The notes: a model not told the origin generated them from the sequence alone. Shown: positions 1 to 12,742, numbered from the whole stretch's first letter. The stretch: 63,602 bases of DNA, filler included, from Sphacelaria rigidula (GCA_964200075.2; 10 parts of 10 records of this genome joined end to end with filler, not necessarily neighbours in it); one strand, 5' to 3'. Numbers and translations: made by a program.

Positions 1-75
1 TCCGTCCCTGCTTTGTAGGGATGCGAGGTCAATGGTCTGATGACCATGGCATGCATGATCATGAGTGCACCCCCC
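1..75 (+). repeat. Dispersed structured poly-C-flanked element, subfamily A (5'-truncated copy)
   Basis: CGTCCC..GGGATG-CGAGGTCA-ATGGTC-TGAT-GACCAT-GGCATGCATGATCATGAGTGCA-CCCCCC. Homologous copies at 788-893(-), 8579-8681(-), 12743-12804(+), ~46273-46331, 50593-50699(-), 61345-61601(+), plus a 5' part at ~43484-43520. Confidence 0.85.
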
Positions 76-787
76 TCTCGTCGCATAGCTCATCTGGGCT
101 TGCTTGCCACAACCAAGTATCGCGCTTGGCCTGCGCACGGCATGTCTAGACGTCATGTGTAGAGACGAGATGCCATTTTTGGCCGCTGAGGCTACGCCGA
201 TGCAGTTACAATATGTATCGATCACGTTTCCATGCATCGACCATCAGAAGATAACTCATGCTTGCGGCATGCTTGCACTGCAGTGGATCGTCGTCTGGTG
301 AAAATGTTCATCTAGAGGAAAAGCAACAAGAAAATGAGCGCTGAACGTGTTTTTACCATTTTGGGAAGGTATATGATGACTCGTGCACGTAGCACACGCC
401 ATGACAAAAGCAGTAGCCGTGATGTACCAACCGCTTGACGAAAGAAAGCACCCCCTCCGTCTGTCGTGGTGTGTTGTTCCTCATACCACACACGATACGA
501 ATTGATTATGTGATGAATCGCTTGCACCCACCGCCACGTTTAATAGTATCTGCCCCCCGAGCTAAGGCGCTCATCGAAATGACGGCGGTTGATGTGTTTC
601 CGCGCCTCCTTCCTTCAAGTACTTGGGCGAGACATTTATCTGCAATGGGTTGCTGCATGTCTGGAAAACCCACAGCATGTTCTTTTTCTGCGGTAAAGCG
701 AGGCGGCCTGCACGACATTTCGAGCGATTGTCACATAGAACCGTCACAACTTACCATTTAGTCGGCCGAGAGCCGCCAAACTTCGGA

Positions 788-893
788 GGGGGGGCAATTA
801 TACTCATGATCCTGCATACCATGGCCATGAGACCATTGACTTCGCATCCCTACAAAGTCGGAACAGAGCACACCGGGTTTTCATCGGAACAGG
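788..893 (-). repeat. Dispersed structured element, subfamily A
   Basis: Reverse complement of the 1-75 motif, extended by the CCTG-TCCG..AAAACCCGG-GTGCTC 5' part; G-run at 788-794. Confidence 0.8.
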
Positions 894-3800
894 CTCGGCG
901 CGCGGGGAGGGAGGGGGGGTATCCCGATAACACAATTTACATTAGATCAAGAGGTGACGATCAGTTGCAACTGAGGAGGCGGAACTTGCCAGGTATGGCG
1001 ATGCGGCCTATACTCGATGGAAATTGCACCGGTTTGAGGGCGGAGAGTTCCGTCACACCTGTTGCTGGTAGTTAGAGCGTGTGTCTTGTAAATCAGATAC
1101 TCCGATTTCAGTTGGCCTCACTTGTATCCTTTCCGAAGTGGTTTTGTCTCCCGAGGCTAAGGTACTGGTTTCTCAAATTGAAAAGTGCTGGATGTGAAGT
1201 CTGCCCCTAGCTCTGTTGTAAGAACGAACACGCTTTCGACTTAGCAAGGGTGGTTGATTGTGAATCCTAAAGAATGCGGCGAAATTGCTTGAAATCGGTG
1301 GCGTAAAATCTGCTTCTAGGAGTATCATCAATCCCCTTCATCCAGCACCTGAATTTCACTCTCCACTCCTTGTGCGGCCGAAACGACTTCATTGTAACAT
1401 TGATGGAAATCACAGTTTACACAGTTCGTTCTACATGCTGTACCGCGGAGGTGCGGCGCACACTAACGGTAGGCAGTGCATGGTGAAAGATCGCACTATG
1501 CTTTCGACCAGACACAGCGTGCTGGACCACAAGTTGGGGGGTAGCAGAGGGGAAATGTGGAATGGTATCAGCATACTGAGGGCTGACAGTCATGACTGAG
1601 AGTCACCGCGTCACAATGATCTGGATTCATGTATTTTAGTGATCTGGATTCATGTATTTTATTTTCAGGACAAAATCGACCAAGCCACCTCCCCGCCACC
1701 TCTCGCTCCGGTGGCAGTACCAAGGTAACACGCCCACCGTCCCCGCACACGCCCATCCCTCGCTAATGGCCAAGCGTATCTCGCCACCGCCCCCAAAAAC
1801 CAATGAGCATATTGACGGAGCACGGTGAACGATGCCTTACACACGCGCCGTTTAGTCAACCCTGGAGACACTAGTAAATACATCAAAACCCAGGATACGG
1901 CTCTGTCAACCACTACCCTGAAACCAGCGATCGTCCGTCCCAACGAGAGTAACGCTGTAAGGACGCCACGCCGTTGGCGTAAATCTTGCCGCCGTATGAT
2001 GAAAGTCAGATTCGATCATGCTGCTTCGAGACACACGCTTGACAACGCAGGGCCAAGGCTTCACGCTCCGTCCATACTAACCCCATGTCCACATCCGATT
2101 CATCTGTTCCACTGTCCCCCCTCCCACCCAACGCCCAAACAAGATGCGAAATTATACACCACAGAAAGTACACACATTCAACAAATTCGTCCCGTTTGTG
2201 CCTACCCATGTCCTCCTCCCAGCATACACGTGAGCCCGCTCCCTGCGTGACTGAGCGCTTAGATGGTTAGACCACGTCTAAAATGTACATCAAAAACACG
2301 CAACTCTGGCTCGATGAACCTGAAGCGCAGTCACTCCAAAAAACGCCACATAGGAGATACTCACAACAAAGGCGGCACTACAGTAGTCCCCCGCCGCGCC
2401 CCCCCCACTCCTGAATCTAACTCAGTTTTTCACCCTACGAGCCGTAGCCGGCACGCGTACTCACGTCTGTTCCACTACGGTCCATGGATCACGTCGACAG
2501 CCATCAGCTACCAAGCGCTTGCTGTACAGATGAGGAACCGTACCGTTACCGATCGTGGACACAGTTCTCCCGCCCGACACCCCTCGGTACCCATTCCCCG
2601 ATTTTTCCGATCGCCTTCACATTTTGCTCGGTATCTCGGGGGGGAGTATTTCCAGAATGACAAAAGTGTCTGTACACATTTGAACGCACCAAAACGGTAG
2701 CGAGTTCAAATCTTGCACCTCAGCCCTCAGTGTCTTCTCCATGGAACACATGGCTCCAGAAATCATCCACCTCTCGAATATGCACAAACCGTCGTTTGAC
2801 CACTACAAAAGAGGAATAATGCACACGCAACAACAATGAGAAATTGTACCAACAATAACCTAACCACACCACCGCCAACAAGGAAATAATAACACGTCAA
2901 AGCTCGGTAATGGTACAGTTGAGAGTATTTTTTGTATACTTGTGAATCCCACGCCTCGAAAATTGATGCTACGATAGATGGAAGGGGGTGAGAGTTGGAG
3001 CCGTTTCTTCCACGAAATGACACTCCGAATCGCCCCTGAAAGCGGTAACGGTTGTTCGAAAACGCGCTTGTCACCGATGAATATAAATGCACACTGCTTG
3101 ACAGCGTTTTTACTCATATACAAGCGCACCGCGAGTAGGCCAGGCATGTCGTCTGACAAACATATGAGCCTTTTTTTTCGTGAAATAGAACACCATGCGC
3201 CCCAACTATCGTAGTATGACCACATGAGCAACTCGCAGCACATTGGAAAGAAGCACGATACCATCTTCGTACTACCGGTGTACGACTGACAACACTCAGC
3301 CACAAGAAGGACACAAAGAGCACATCCGTACATCACGTCAATGGCACAAAAATCACGTTTTTTTTCTAATATGTATGTTTTGGGCATGAAATCTCATCCC
3401 AGCATCGCTGTTCGTCGTCCCTCCACATATTATGTAACAACGTATCGCCTGACCTCGTCTCACAACAGACATACAAGCCTCCCTTCTCCCCACATCCTCC
3501 TACATAACAATCAGGCAGATCTGGGATATTTCGTACAGCCCTCCCTCAATCTACATACAATAATTGTGGGTTGGTTCTCACACCAATAAGATACATATGC
3601 ATATTTGCTTACAGATGAATACCCATGCCTTACATACATTATTTTTTTGTCATCTATCACCCATCGCGCACCCTCAGAGAATTCGAGACGGACACAAGAC
3701 CGCACCCAACAAACCTCCTCCGGACATCCATAGTTCGCATCAAACGAGGGGTGCATTGTTTACACACTGATACAGGGTCGGCCTGTGCGACGTTCACCTT

Positions 3801-3918
3801 GACAGGGGGCAAAACGTTACCTGCCCTACGAAAACATCAAACCTTCCACACTGTATCATTAATTAAAAACTAACAAGAACAAAAATAAAGAACTGAAAGA
3901 AGGTCCGCATCATGTGCT

Positions 3919-4242
3919 TCACACGTAGGGGTCCCTGTATGTCTTCTTCTTAGTGACGGAGTGCACCCAGCATACCTCCCCGTTAGACGCATCTATCCCC
4001 TTCTTCCAAGACGGAACCGACAACACAACGGGCGTCTTTTTCTCCTTCCCCTTTTTCTCCTCTTTCTTCTCCTTCTTGTCCTTGTCTCCCTCCTTTTCAG
4101 GGGGTCCCCCCGCAGCCGGCATTAGGGGCACGAATACTGTGGGCCAAGGAGCTGCCGCTTGACCGTAAGGCATGCCTATTATAACTGGCTGGGAAGGGTT
4201 CGCTGCAACCATCGCTTGAGGTGCGGCCACGGTTGTAGCAGG
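3919..4242 (-). CDS. Terminal exon of a Pro/Lys-rich protein ending in a WW-like domain
   Basis: Acceptor (ttcccgtttcag) then a 108-codon phase-0 exon to TGA: PATTVAAPQ...EKKEEKKGKEKK...VPSWKKGIDASNGEVCWVHSVTKKKTYRDPYV*. This matches the WW pattern P-x-W-x4-D-x3-G-x2-(YY)-x-N/H-x2-T-x3-T-W-x-D-P. Upstream exons were not confidently found. Confidence 0.65.
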   Translation of the reverse strand, partial: PATTVAAPQAMVAANPSQPVIIGMPYGQAAAPWPTVFVPLMPAAGGPPEKEGDKDKKEKKEEKKGKEKKTPVVLSVPSWKKGIDASNGEVCWVHSVTKKKTYRDPYV

Positions 4243-6170
4243 CTGAAACGGGAAACCCCATGGGCCTATATCGGGGATTGTGAAGGGGTAATCAAGAGAG
4301 TTCGCGTGGGAAGGGGGGAGGGGGGAGGGTGAGGGAGGAGGGGGTTAAGGTACATGAAACATGTCGGGAGAGGTGCGGGGGCAACAGGTGCATCGAATAG
4401 ATGCGGAGGGAGAAGCGAGGGCAAAAACGGAATAAAGGGGGGTTAACAGGCGAACTGAAACAAATGCAAAATGGCGTTCATGCGTGAGTCAAGGAGCGGG
4501 TCGGGTGGGGAATGCGCGCACCGACGCCTCTAGCAGGAAACGGCTTTGAACGGAAATATTGAAAAATGTTGTGTAGCGCGAATAACGGGAGGAGTTGAAA
4601 GTAGCGGGTGGGGGGGAAGGGGTAGGGAAAAGGGATAGACAGGCGGGAGAACAGGCAAACGTTTGTGTTCCCGTCAAGATAAACACCAAGGTAGGTCTCT
4701 TCACTATTGTGTGCGTTTGCATGCGATCGCTCTGGTGGCTGAGGGTAAACTGTATGTTGCCGATGAAGATTGATACGTTTTCAGAGGGGATTTGAATCTG
4801 ATCAAGTGTGGAAATGTGAATCAGAGACCTGGTGTGACTTGAACGCATGGCGTCCACGGTTTTCAGAAGTGCGAATACAAACAGGAACGTCACTCTCACG
4901 GCGCCATTTCTGTGTGCAGCAACTACTGTATCAACAGATCAGCATACTCTCCAAGATAGTGTATGTGCAGGCAGAAGTACGGTATGGACAGGATGAACCT
5001 CGCTAGGTGAGCGATACAGGGCTGTTGGTATAGTTGGACTCGATCTAGACCGCCTGAATACCCCCCCTTCCCCCTCTCCCCCGTCGCCTTCTCGCGCGCG
5101 CCGTTTTTAATGTTGTTATCGGCATTGTTGTTGCGATAAAACTGCTGTCCCCCTCCATGTTTTTTTGTACTTGCAAACAGAGTTCACAGCTTCCAGCTTT
5201 TTTAGAATATATTTCAAAAAAATTGTTTATATTTCGACTGCTTTGCCCCACTTCTCCTAAATGGATTGTGCGAAATTCATTTCAAATGCTCATGTTGACC
5301 GTGCGCGGTCGGCGGTTCTCTCGTTTCCGTGGTACATGCTCTCATTTGACAATCTTTACATCCAAAAGCACGAAAAGAACTATCGTTCTTGCTTTCGGCA
5401 CAGATTCCTGATCTCACGAATACCATGTCATGTGTGGTGTGCCAGATACTGTGGTGTGTTGCATTGCGCATCTGTGTGCCATGTGTCTTGTTGCGTATCC
5501 TTCTACCTCACGTAAACTTCGTCCCATACCCCATCATACATGTGACGCAAAAAATGGGCAAGTTATGTCAATTGTCCCCGAGTCCTGCACAGGATTAATT
5601 TGGCCATTTTCTATAAATAGAAACTCGATCCTTAGTACAGCTCTATAATGGTATCATCATTCAGGCGCAGCGGTTGGTTGTTGGTGGATCATATATATTC
5701 CTCAAGCTTATCCATCCAGTTCGTATCCGTAGTATGTTGTTGATTGTTTTCCCGTGGACTGTATTACCCTTGGGGAACGCATATTTTTCTGGCCCAAGAA
5801 TATCTTTGAAGAGAAGGGTGACGGTGCTTCCGAAATACGTATGATGCTGCATGGTACAAGCATTTACCTCCATGAATACTGCATGGGGCAAGAAGGTGGA
5901 GTCAGTGTTCAGGTGGACAATGCACTCAACCCGCGGTTTTCTCGATTACTAGTGGCGATACTGTGCTGATACCAAAGGTGTATCAGTCGACGGTAACACT
6001 TACAGAGACTTTATATCGATAATGAAATCATGCCGTTCTCCGTAGCGTTGTCCCCCCCCCCCCCCCTACCTTAGACTCTCAAGTTGGTGTCGAGTGGCAT
6101 CGGCGCTATAAAGGTGTTGTAGTTGCAACCACTATCTCGGCGTGGAAACGTTTGCAAACTGCACAGTGAG

Positions 6171-6201
<31 letters not shown>

Positions 6202-6271
6202 GGAGTGGGGGGGGGGGGGGTGCGCCCCGACGTCCCACACCCGCTTTTGTGCGTTGTGCCAAAAACCCTTC

Positions 6272-6371
6272 NNNNNNNNNNNNNNNNNNNNNNNNNNNNN
6301 NNNNNNNNNNNNNNNTTAATTAATTAANNNNNNNNNNNNNNNNNNNNNNNNNNNNNNNNNNNNNNNNNNNN
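6272..6371. other. Artificial contig spacer N44-TTAATTAATTAA-N44 (first of nine)
   Basis: Identical 100-bp spacers at 6272, 12643, 19013, 25383, 31753, 38123, 44493, 50863 and 57233. TTAATTAATTAA gives stops in all six frames. Intervening contigs are 6270-6271 bp. Confidence 0.98.
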
Positions 6372-8578
6372 AATTTGGACAATCTTTAAGAAACTAAGAA
6401 ATTACGAATTCTACATACTTCTGACGCTGACTACTGTATCTTTTTTTGTTTCATCATGTGTCAGTCCTGCGCCAAAATAAAATAAAACAATCCGATACCG
6501 GAATGCTCGCATAGAAGAACCATTCGACAAGCATTCGGCTGATATCAGCCGTGTGGAGTAGACAAAGTTCACACGAGTGGCGGGCTCGACACAAGGGAAC
6601 ATCGACCCAGCGCGTGACATCGGTTGCAAGCTTTGCTCAAGGCGGGATCGTGGGTGTAGATTTCTGGCTGAAATAGTGATGATTTCCCGCGTGGGGTGGT
6701 CTGAATAGTGTTGCTCTTCATTGACGCATCTCGTGCACAATACAACACCGATATGCGGCGACCACGCTCAGGGCACCAGGCCAAACAGACGCGTTCCGGC
6801 TAGTGCATGTTGTATTCAATCCACATGAAGAGGAAATTGGCCATTTGCTTCAACGAGCAAGTATCACGGCACACTTTTGTGCATGCATGCCTTGCACAGC
6901 CAATTGCGCCGCCTTCAACACTTGAAACTTGACATGAATTGCAGTATGAAAATGTTTTATGTGCTGCACCCCTTTTTGTCATGTGTGATAACTACTACAC
7001 TGTACAAAGCTACTGTCTGTACCATCCTCGGCAGTGCAATCGTGTACGGTATTCTGTCTCCTGCAGCTCAACACGGCGTGCATTAGGAACACAACACTAG
7101 ATGCCCTGTTAATGCCGACATGATTGAAGGCATATCGGTTGGCGGGGCAAATCCACAGTGCTGGCAAGTACGGTTGTGCGCTTGTCCCCATTTCTCCTGT
7201 GCTGCCGCAGGGGCGCAGCGGTTGCGCCAGTATGGTTTCGTACAAGGATTATGCGGGGTAACTGCAGCTGGTGTATCTTTCGACGGTTGACCGGTGCCAT
7301 TTTCGACTTTTGCACTTATTTTTCATTATGGTGTTGTCGACCACTGCTGCAGGCACCAACGTGAAACTTGGTGCACCAGTCGGACACACCACAGCCAGTT
7401 CATGTACCCGAGGACAGCCACTTTTCTTGCCCGCGCAAATTAAACGAAGCGAATTCCAGTTTTGGGCATTACCGTCTGTACGCCCTCAAAACGATTACCT
7501 GGCGGCCGAGATGTGTGTACCGTGAGTGAATGCACATCTGGACGTGGTAGCGCACTCACTTCCGCATCGTAACCACCTGGGAGGCTGAAGTGCTCGCAAA
7601 CAAACATGGATCATATCTGCCGCCGCCTGTGGATGATGGCAATCTGAAAAAAACACATTCCGGTATCGACTGTAGAGAGAGCTCAGGGCAGGAGGCATGG
7701 TCATGCACGCGCTGTCGTCGCTTCCATGCCCTGAAACTTTGCTTACATCTCATGTAGACGACAATCAATAAGTCCATGAGGCTAGATCCGGGGTTGGGCG
7801 TTGCAGCAGTGCGCGAGAGGAAGAAAAGAGCTCCAATTCTGTTCTGAAATATTTTTTTCTTCTTTTGGCGCAGCAGGACTGGTGTTCTCTTGTCTTGGGT
7901 GTGAAAGGGTGTAAAAAGCTCTGAAGAAAAGTTGAGTTTGTACAGTGAACCAAGTTTCCCCGCTTCTGAAGACGTGAGTTCAATGCGGAGGACGCCGGAC
8001 GTGATTCACCCAACACTTACTCTCGCCATGATGCTGACAGAGAGTGCCTTCTATTGCTCCTTGAATGGGAATTACTACATCTGGTGTAGTCGGTTCACTT
8101 ACAGACAGAGCATGTTTATGCTATTGGATGAAACGGGACCGTTTATTTTCTTTTTGTTGTATTGGTCCATTCTGGCGAGACCTGCGATCTACTCTGCACA
8201 AGAGCAAAATCATCTTACTTGCCTGCGTGCTCTCAGGTGGCCGGTCGTGCCTAGGATCAAGGGCTGCAATCCCCGATGTAATCAGCGGCCCTCAAAATTG
8301 AATAGGCAGAAAGCCGCCAAAACCGGCGTCGCCGACCCTACTTTTCACCCGGGTTTGGTCTGTTGCACTGTCCTCGTCTGTTCTTTACTCTGTATTGCTT
8401 TTGCCGTACATTGCTGTTCTCCGTGTATGTCTACTGTCTGTAAAGCTGTTCTAGTTGAAGGGTCCTTTGTTGAAGACGTTTTTTAGAGACGTCATTTTCG
8501 ACTACTAATAATAACTGTTATCTCTCCATCAATGGTTGCTTTTCCCGACATGAGCGGTCTTTGATGTGCTTTGCTGGA

Positions 8579-8681
8579 GGGGGTGTACTCATGATCTTGC
8601 ATTTCGTAGTCATTATTAGACCATTAACCTCGCACCCCTACAAAAGTGGGAGGAAGCACCCCAGGCTTTTGCCGGACCAGG
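8579..8681 (-). repeat. Dispersed structured element, subfamily A (diverged)
   Basis: GGGGGTGTACTCATGATCTTGCAT...AGACCATTAACCTCGCACCCCTACAAAAG...GCCGGACCAGG is the reverse complement of the family consensus. Confidence 0.75.
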
Positions 8682-8984
8682 CGCGAGGGGGGCTGGGAGG
8701 AGGGTAGTAATATGCCAGGACTGGGAGATATGCCACCGTCTGCTTCTCATCGTGGGTTTGTCAACGTGCACATTTTTTCAGCTTTGAGCGCTCACAACAG
8801 TATTGGGGAGACCCTCGTACGTGGTCATAATAGTGCCCTCCCCACCACGCCCCCCCAACGTTCACCACAGCCGAGAGCCTTCGGGCGAGAGGGGGTCTGA
8901 AAAGTATCCCGCCGCGTTTCGAATAATTGATTTACTGTTGTACCTGCGTACGTACCCATCAAAATTCGATTTAACGGTCGACGA

Positions 8985-9186
8985 GGAATAGGGACTGCAG
9001 AACCCCTCCCGCGATAAAAAAAATAAAGGCAATGACCGCAAAAGGAAGGTGGAGAACTAAAACAAATTGAGATGAAAAAAGTCCTGTGTTGGCCTTTCTC
9101 CTGTGTGACCCCGGCTGGTACGCCCGCATATACCGAAAGGTGTAGACCGGCGTCCAGAATAGACGAGATGCCAACACACACACACA
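8985..9186 (+). mobile_element. 5'-truncated SINE-like element with (CA)n tail
   Basis: Aligns by eye with 62825-63047 (..GAAGGTGG..CCTGTGTTGGCC..GTGTGACCCCGGCTGGT..TATACCGAAAGGTGTAGAC-GGCGTCCAGA..(CA)n). Confidence 0.65.
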
Positions 9187-9284
9187 TTCGTCGTACATAA
9201 TAGTTGATACTTTATTCACTTAATTCCAGAGGAAAAATCTATATTTGATTCTTTGAAGTAGCTGGCAGTCGCATGTGCTCCAAA

Positions 9285-9625
9285 TATTGAAGTGTTTCGG
9301 AAGACACTTTTTTGTCATCTCAGAGCGCAAATATCTCAGCATGACGGTGTACCGAAAAATTATTTCCCTCTCCGTCAAATGTGGTATTCCCTCAGAAGTG
9401 CCAGGAAAGTCTCGGAGACCCTATGTTTCCCCCCCCCCCCCAACCCCCGAAAAACTCCAGGATTCACAAAAGGGGCATAGGGTCTCTAATTTTTTTGCGG
9501 GGAACTCCTGATTCCCTTGACCTTTTTCGATGAAGTGTTTTTTTATTCCGTACCCTGATCTGAGATATTTGTACTCTGAAATTACGAAAAAAAAAGAAGA
9601 TTTTTCCGAAACTCTCTATTTTTAG
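9285..9625. mobile_element. MITE-like foldback element
   Basis: Imperfect inverted arms, e.g. TCAGAGCGCAAATATCTCAG (~9319) vs CTGAGATATTTGTACTCTGA (~9560), and TTTCGGAA..TTCCGAAA. No clear TSD. Confidence 0.45.
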
Positions 9626-10095
9626 TCGTCCAAAGTCGGCATCGCAGGATCAACGCCTACGCTTCCGTCGATTCAAACCGCGCGTGTGTGAACTTTCGTC
9701 TCTTGTTCCATCACTGGTGTGGATGTAAAGAGTCGGGAAGAAGCGCTCCCTGGGGTTGAGACTACAGATAGTACCCTCATAACGTTGGAGACCGGATCTC
9801 TGCTCATAAGACTGGCTGGCCGGGGTCACGGAGATCTAGGCTGTCTGTTGTTCGTTACTTGTGGCCTATGTACATGGTAAAAAACTAGGCGCCTTTAACC
9901 ACTTGGCAAGGGTACTCCATACTGGATCATGCATACACTTGTTTGCATGTGAAATTGAAGCCGATCCAACGTATGACCTACGCCCGCCGACAAGGGCTCA
10001 ATTAACCCTTCGACGGCAAGGGTAGGTCGTGTGTTGAATCGGCATCGATTTCACGTTAAAATAGTGTGTATGGTGCGGTAGTCCATCTGGATTAA

Positions 10096-10254
10096 CCCTC
10101 TTGGGACCGGACTCCAAGATACATGGTGTTCGCACGCAGGGACTTTTTGTGAATGGGCATCATTTTCAGTCGTTTTCAAGTAAAAATGATGCCGATTCAC
10201 AAAAAGGCCACTGCGTACGAACACCATGTTTCTTGGAGTCCGGTCCCCAAAGGG
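10096..10254. mobile_element. piggyBac-like MITE
   Basis: TTAA|CCCTCTTGGGACCGGACTCCAAGA ... TCTTGGAGTCCGGTCCCCAAAGGG|TTAA. The element is a near-perfect hairpin with CCC/GGG termini and a TTAA TSD. Confidence 0.85.
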
Positions 10255-10590
10255 TTAATCATCCTCCATTAAGTGAAGATCGATGCCGATTCAGCAGGCG
10301 ACCTGCCATCGGGGTCAAAGGTTCAAGTTTACACGTCAACAAGACTACATGCTACAGTACAGTCCCCCTCCCAGAAGTTGGCGGTTGTCTTTGTGTGGGC
10401 GGTTGGGCGGTTGGCTTTGTGTGATCTCCAGCTGAGACTGCTGTTGACACTTTGCCATCATTGCATGAAACAGTAGTATTGTGAAAGTGTTTTGAGTGTT
10501 TCATGGTACATGGTACAGGATGTGCATTAGGTACCAATCGGCTCATATAAAAATACTGACAAATCACAAAACCATCCATCATATCGGGCA

Positions 10591-10591
10591 G

Positions 10592-10623
<32 letters not shown>
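10591..10623. repeat. (GTT)n microsatellite
   Basis: About 11 direct GTT units. Confidence 0.95.
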
Positions 10624-10625
<2 letters not shown>

Positions 10626-11001
10626 CTTCACGTTAAAAAACCGGTGTGATATATGCGCGGTACATTCGCACTGGGCATCTGATGCGGACGTCTTCCGTGG
10701 TCACAGGCGGCAGTATTGGTGCATATTTCATACAAAACTCGGGGTATCATTATATCAAATATCGGTCCGATTTCGGAGGCTGATCCCCATCCTCAATGAC
10801 TGGGAAGACGATTTCTCCGAAGGATCGTTTGGAAAGGAGAGTAGAACCCTTTGCGCATCTGAGCTCCAGTTTTGGTGTCGGCCGACTTTCCTATTGAACC
10901 TTTGAGCACCCGCAGATGGAGATCTGAATCTCAATAAAGTCAGGTGAAAGTGATGCCATCAACAAATGCCGACGCCCCCTATTGGCATCCATAAGCGGTG
11001 A

Positions 11002-12166
11002 GGCGGGGTCTTATCAAAAGTGATGATCACTATTCAAAAAATCGCTTTTACAGAAGTGATTGCCCCCCACATAGACAAGTGCTGCGTCTTATCAACAAGC
11101 AGTGTTGTTCAGATCGAAGCCCAGATCTCCGCACATATAAAGAATGCGGCGGTTCTGGAAGTGGTCGTTAGTTCAATATCTCTGTACTGCTGCGGACAAG
11201 ACGTGAAGAGGTAGCACGGCGCCGACACACCTAGCCATGAGAACCGACGGATAGACATTCACCACTCACGCGCATTAGCTCAAGCGCTAGCTCTTGATCA
11301 TCTACACACGACAGCCTTTGTTTGACGGAAATCCGTCCAGTATTTGATGAAAGGCGGCCGCGTGCGTGTGAAATAAGAACCGCAAACGTGCTGTTGCTGA
11401 GTGTTTTTGAGCGTGTGCCGTGCGCGCGTCTTACGCGAATCATCATTTCTCACTGAATTCTGAACCGATTTTAGCAGTCACGCACAGCGTGCTCAGCTGA
11501 TGAGCAGCAATGAAAGGAGCGGTGTGTTTTGGTTTGGGAGGGCATTGCGATCCTCAGGTTCACGTTTGATTGACTTGACTTGTTTGTCAAGACTTCGGTT
11601 ATGCCCCTGTCAACGGGATGTTTTATGTTCCCGTTCGAGGTGACACAAAATCACTTTTACAAAAGTGATTTCAGGAAGTGTTTTTTCTCCTGAAATCGAG
11701 GTCAGTTCACCACTTGGGATGGTGAGAAATTTCTCAGAAACTTAAAACTTCGAACAAACTATAACACCAACACTAACCCTAACCCCAACGAAGGCACACC
11801 GAGAGCCCTCGCGGGAGGGGGTGGAGAGTGTTACCCAGGCGAAGGGTGCGTTGCCAGACCTCAAATCGGCGCCCCAGGCGCCGATTTTGACCAAAACGAA
11901 TTGTCGCGCAAGCTAGGAGCACGCTTAGAGCACAACCCATCAAATATCCGGATTTTCGCTGTTCACACTAAAATCAGGTCGAACTATCCAAGAAATTTCT
12001 CACCATCCCAAGTGGTGAACTCTACTGCTGAAATCACTTTTGCAAAAGTGATTTTTTGGCACTTTTCGGGGCGGGGGGGGGGGGGAATCGCAGCAACCAA
12101 TCATTGGTCGTTTTTCACAAAGATGATTCCTTGAAAAGTGATCATCACTTCTGAGAAGACCCCGCC
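11002..12166. mobile_element. Non-autonomous TIR element (GGC termini, Harbinger-like) with an internal foldback at ~11648-12056
   Basis: TIRs GGCGGGGTCTTATCAAAAGTGATGATCACTATTCAA / TTGAAAAGTGATCATCACTTCTGAGAAGACCCCGCC. Inner inverted pair AGTTCACCACTTGGGATGGTGAGAAATTTCT / AGAAATTTCTCACCATCCCAAGTGGTGAACT. TSD not clean. Confidence 0.65.
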
Positions 12167-12742
12167 TACAAGGGAGACAACCTAAAGTTACGATCTGAAG
12201 TTCTGGTCGTTAATTTATGATTGTTTTTTTTCCAACAAACTGAATAGCAATCACCTCAACCCTAAAACCCTAACCCCAACCCTAGACATAAGAGACCCGC
12301 GGGTAAGGGGGGTACATAGATTCCTCTATGCGAAGTTTGCGTTGACAGACGTCAAATCGACCCTGCAGGCGTCGATTTCGACAAAAACACGCTCTGGATG
12401 AGCTGGGTCCACTGCTCACCTGCCCCACACCATAAATTTTCTCGGAACTTTCTCAATTGTAAAATCAAGTCGTCATGTTGTCAACCATGGATATACGACC
12501 AAAGCTTTAGTTTGCTCCTCTCGTGAATGTGGAATATTTGTAATTAATTTGAATACCAAATGTGACGCAACGCAAACCAAATCATACCGCAACATGCACC
12601 TTGGTGCATGTGATCCTTGCCGCCAATGTATTCCCTACTGTANNNNNNNNNNNNNNNNNNNNNNNNNNNNNNNNNNNNNNNNNNNNTTAATTAATTAANN
12701 NNNNNNNNNNNNNNNNNNNNNNNNNNNNNNNNNNNNNNNNNN

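Noticed and set aside
20..75. Hammerhead ribozyme (CTGATGA) or tRNA gene in the structured element
   Set aside because: CTGATGA appears in only two copies, overlaps a variable loop and has no correctly placed GAAA. There is no T-loop/B box or cloverleaf for a tRNA.
4920..5969. Upstream exons of the WW-like gene or a separate + strand gene
   Set aside because: Candidate splice sites give frames with stops or tiny uninformative peptides.
6316..6327. TTAATTAATTAA as a biological motif or piggyBac target
   Set aside because: It sits at the centre of every 100-bp N spacer and is an artificial six-frame stop linker.
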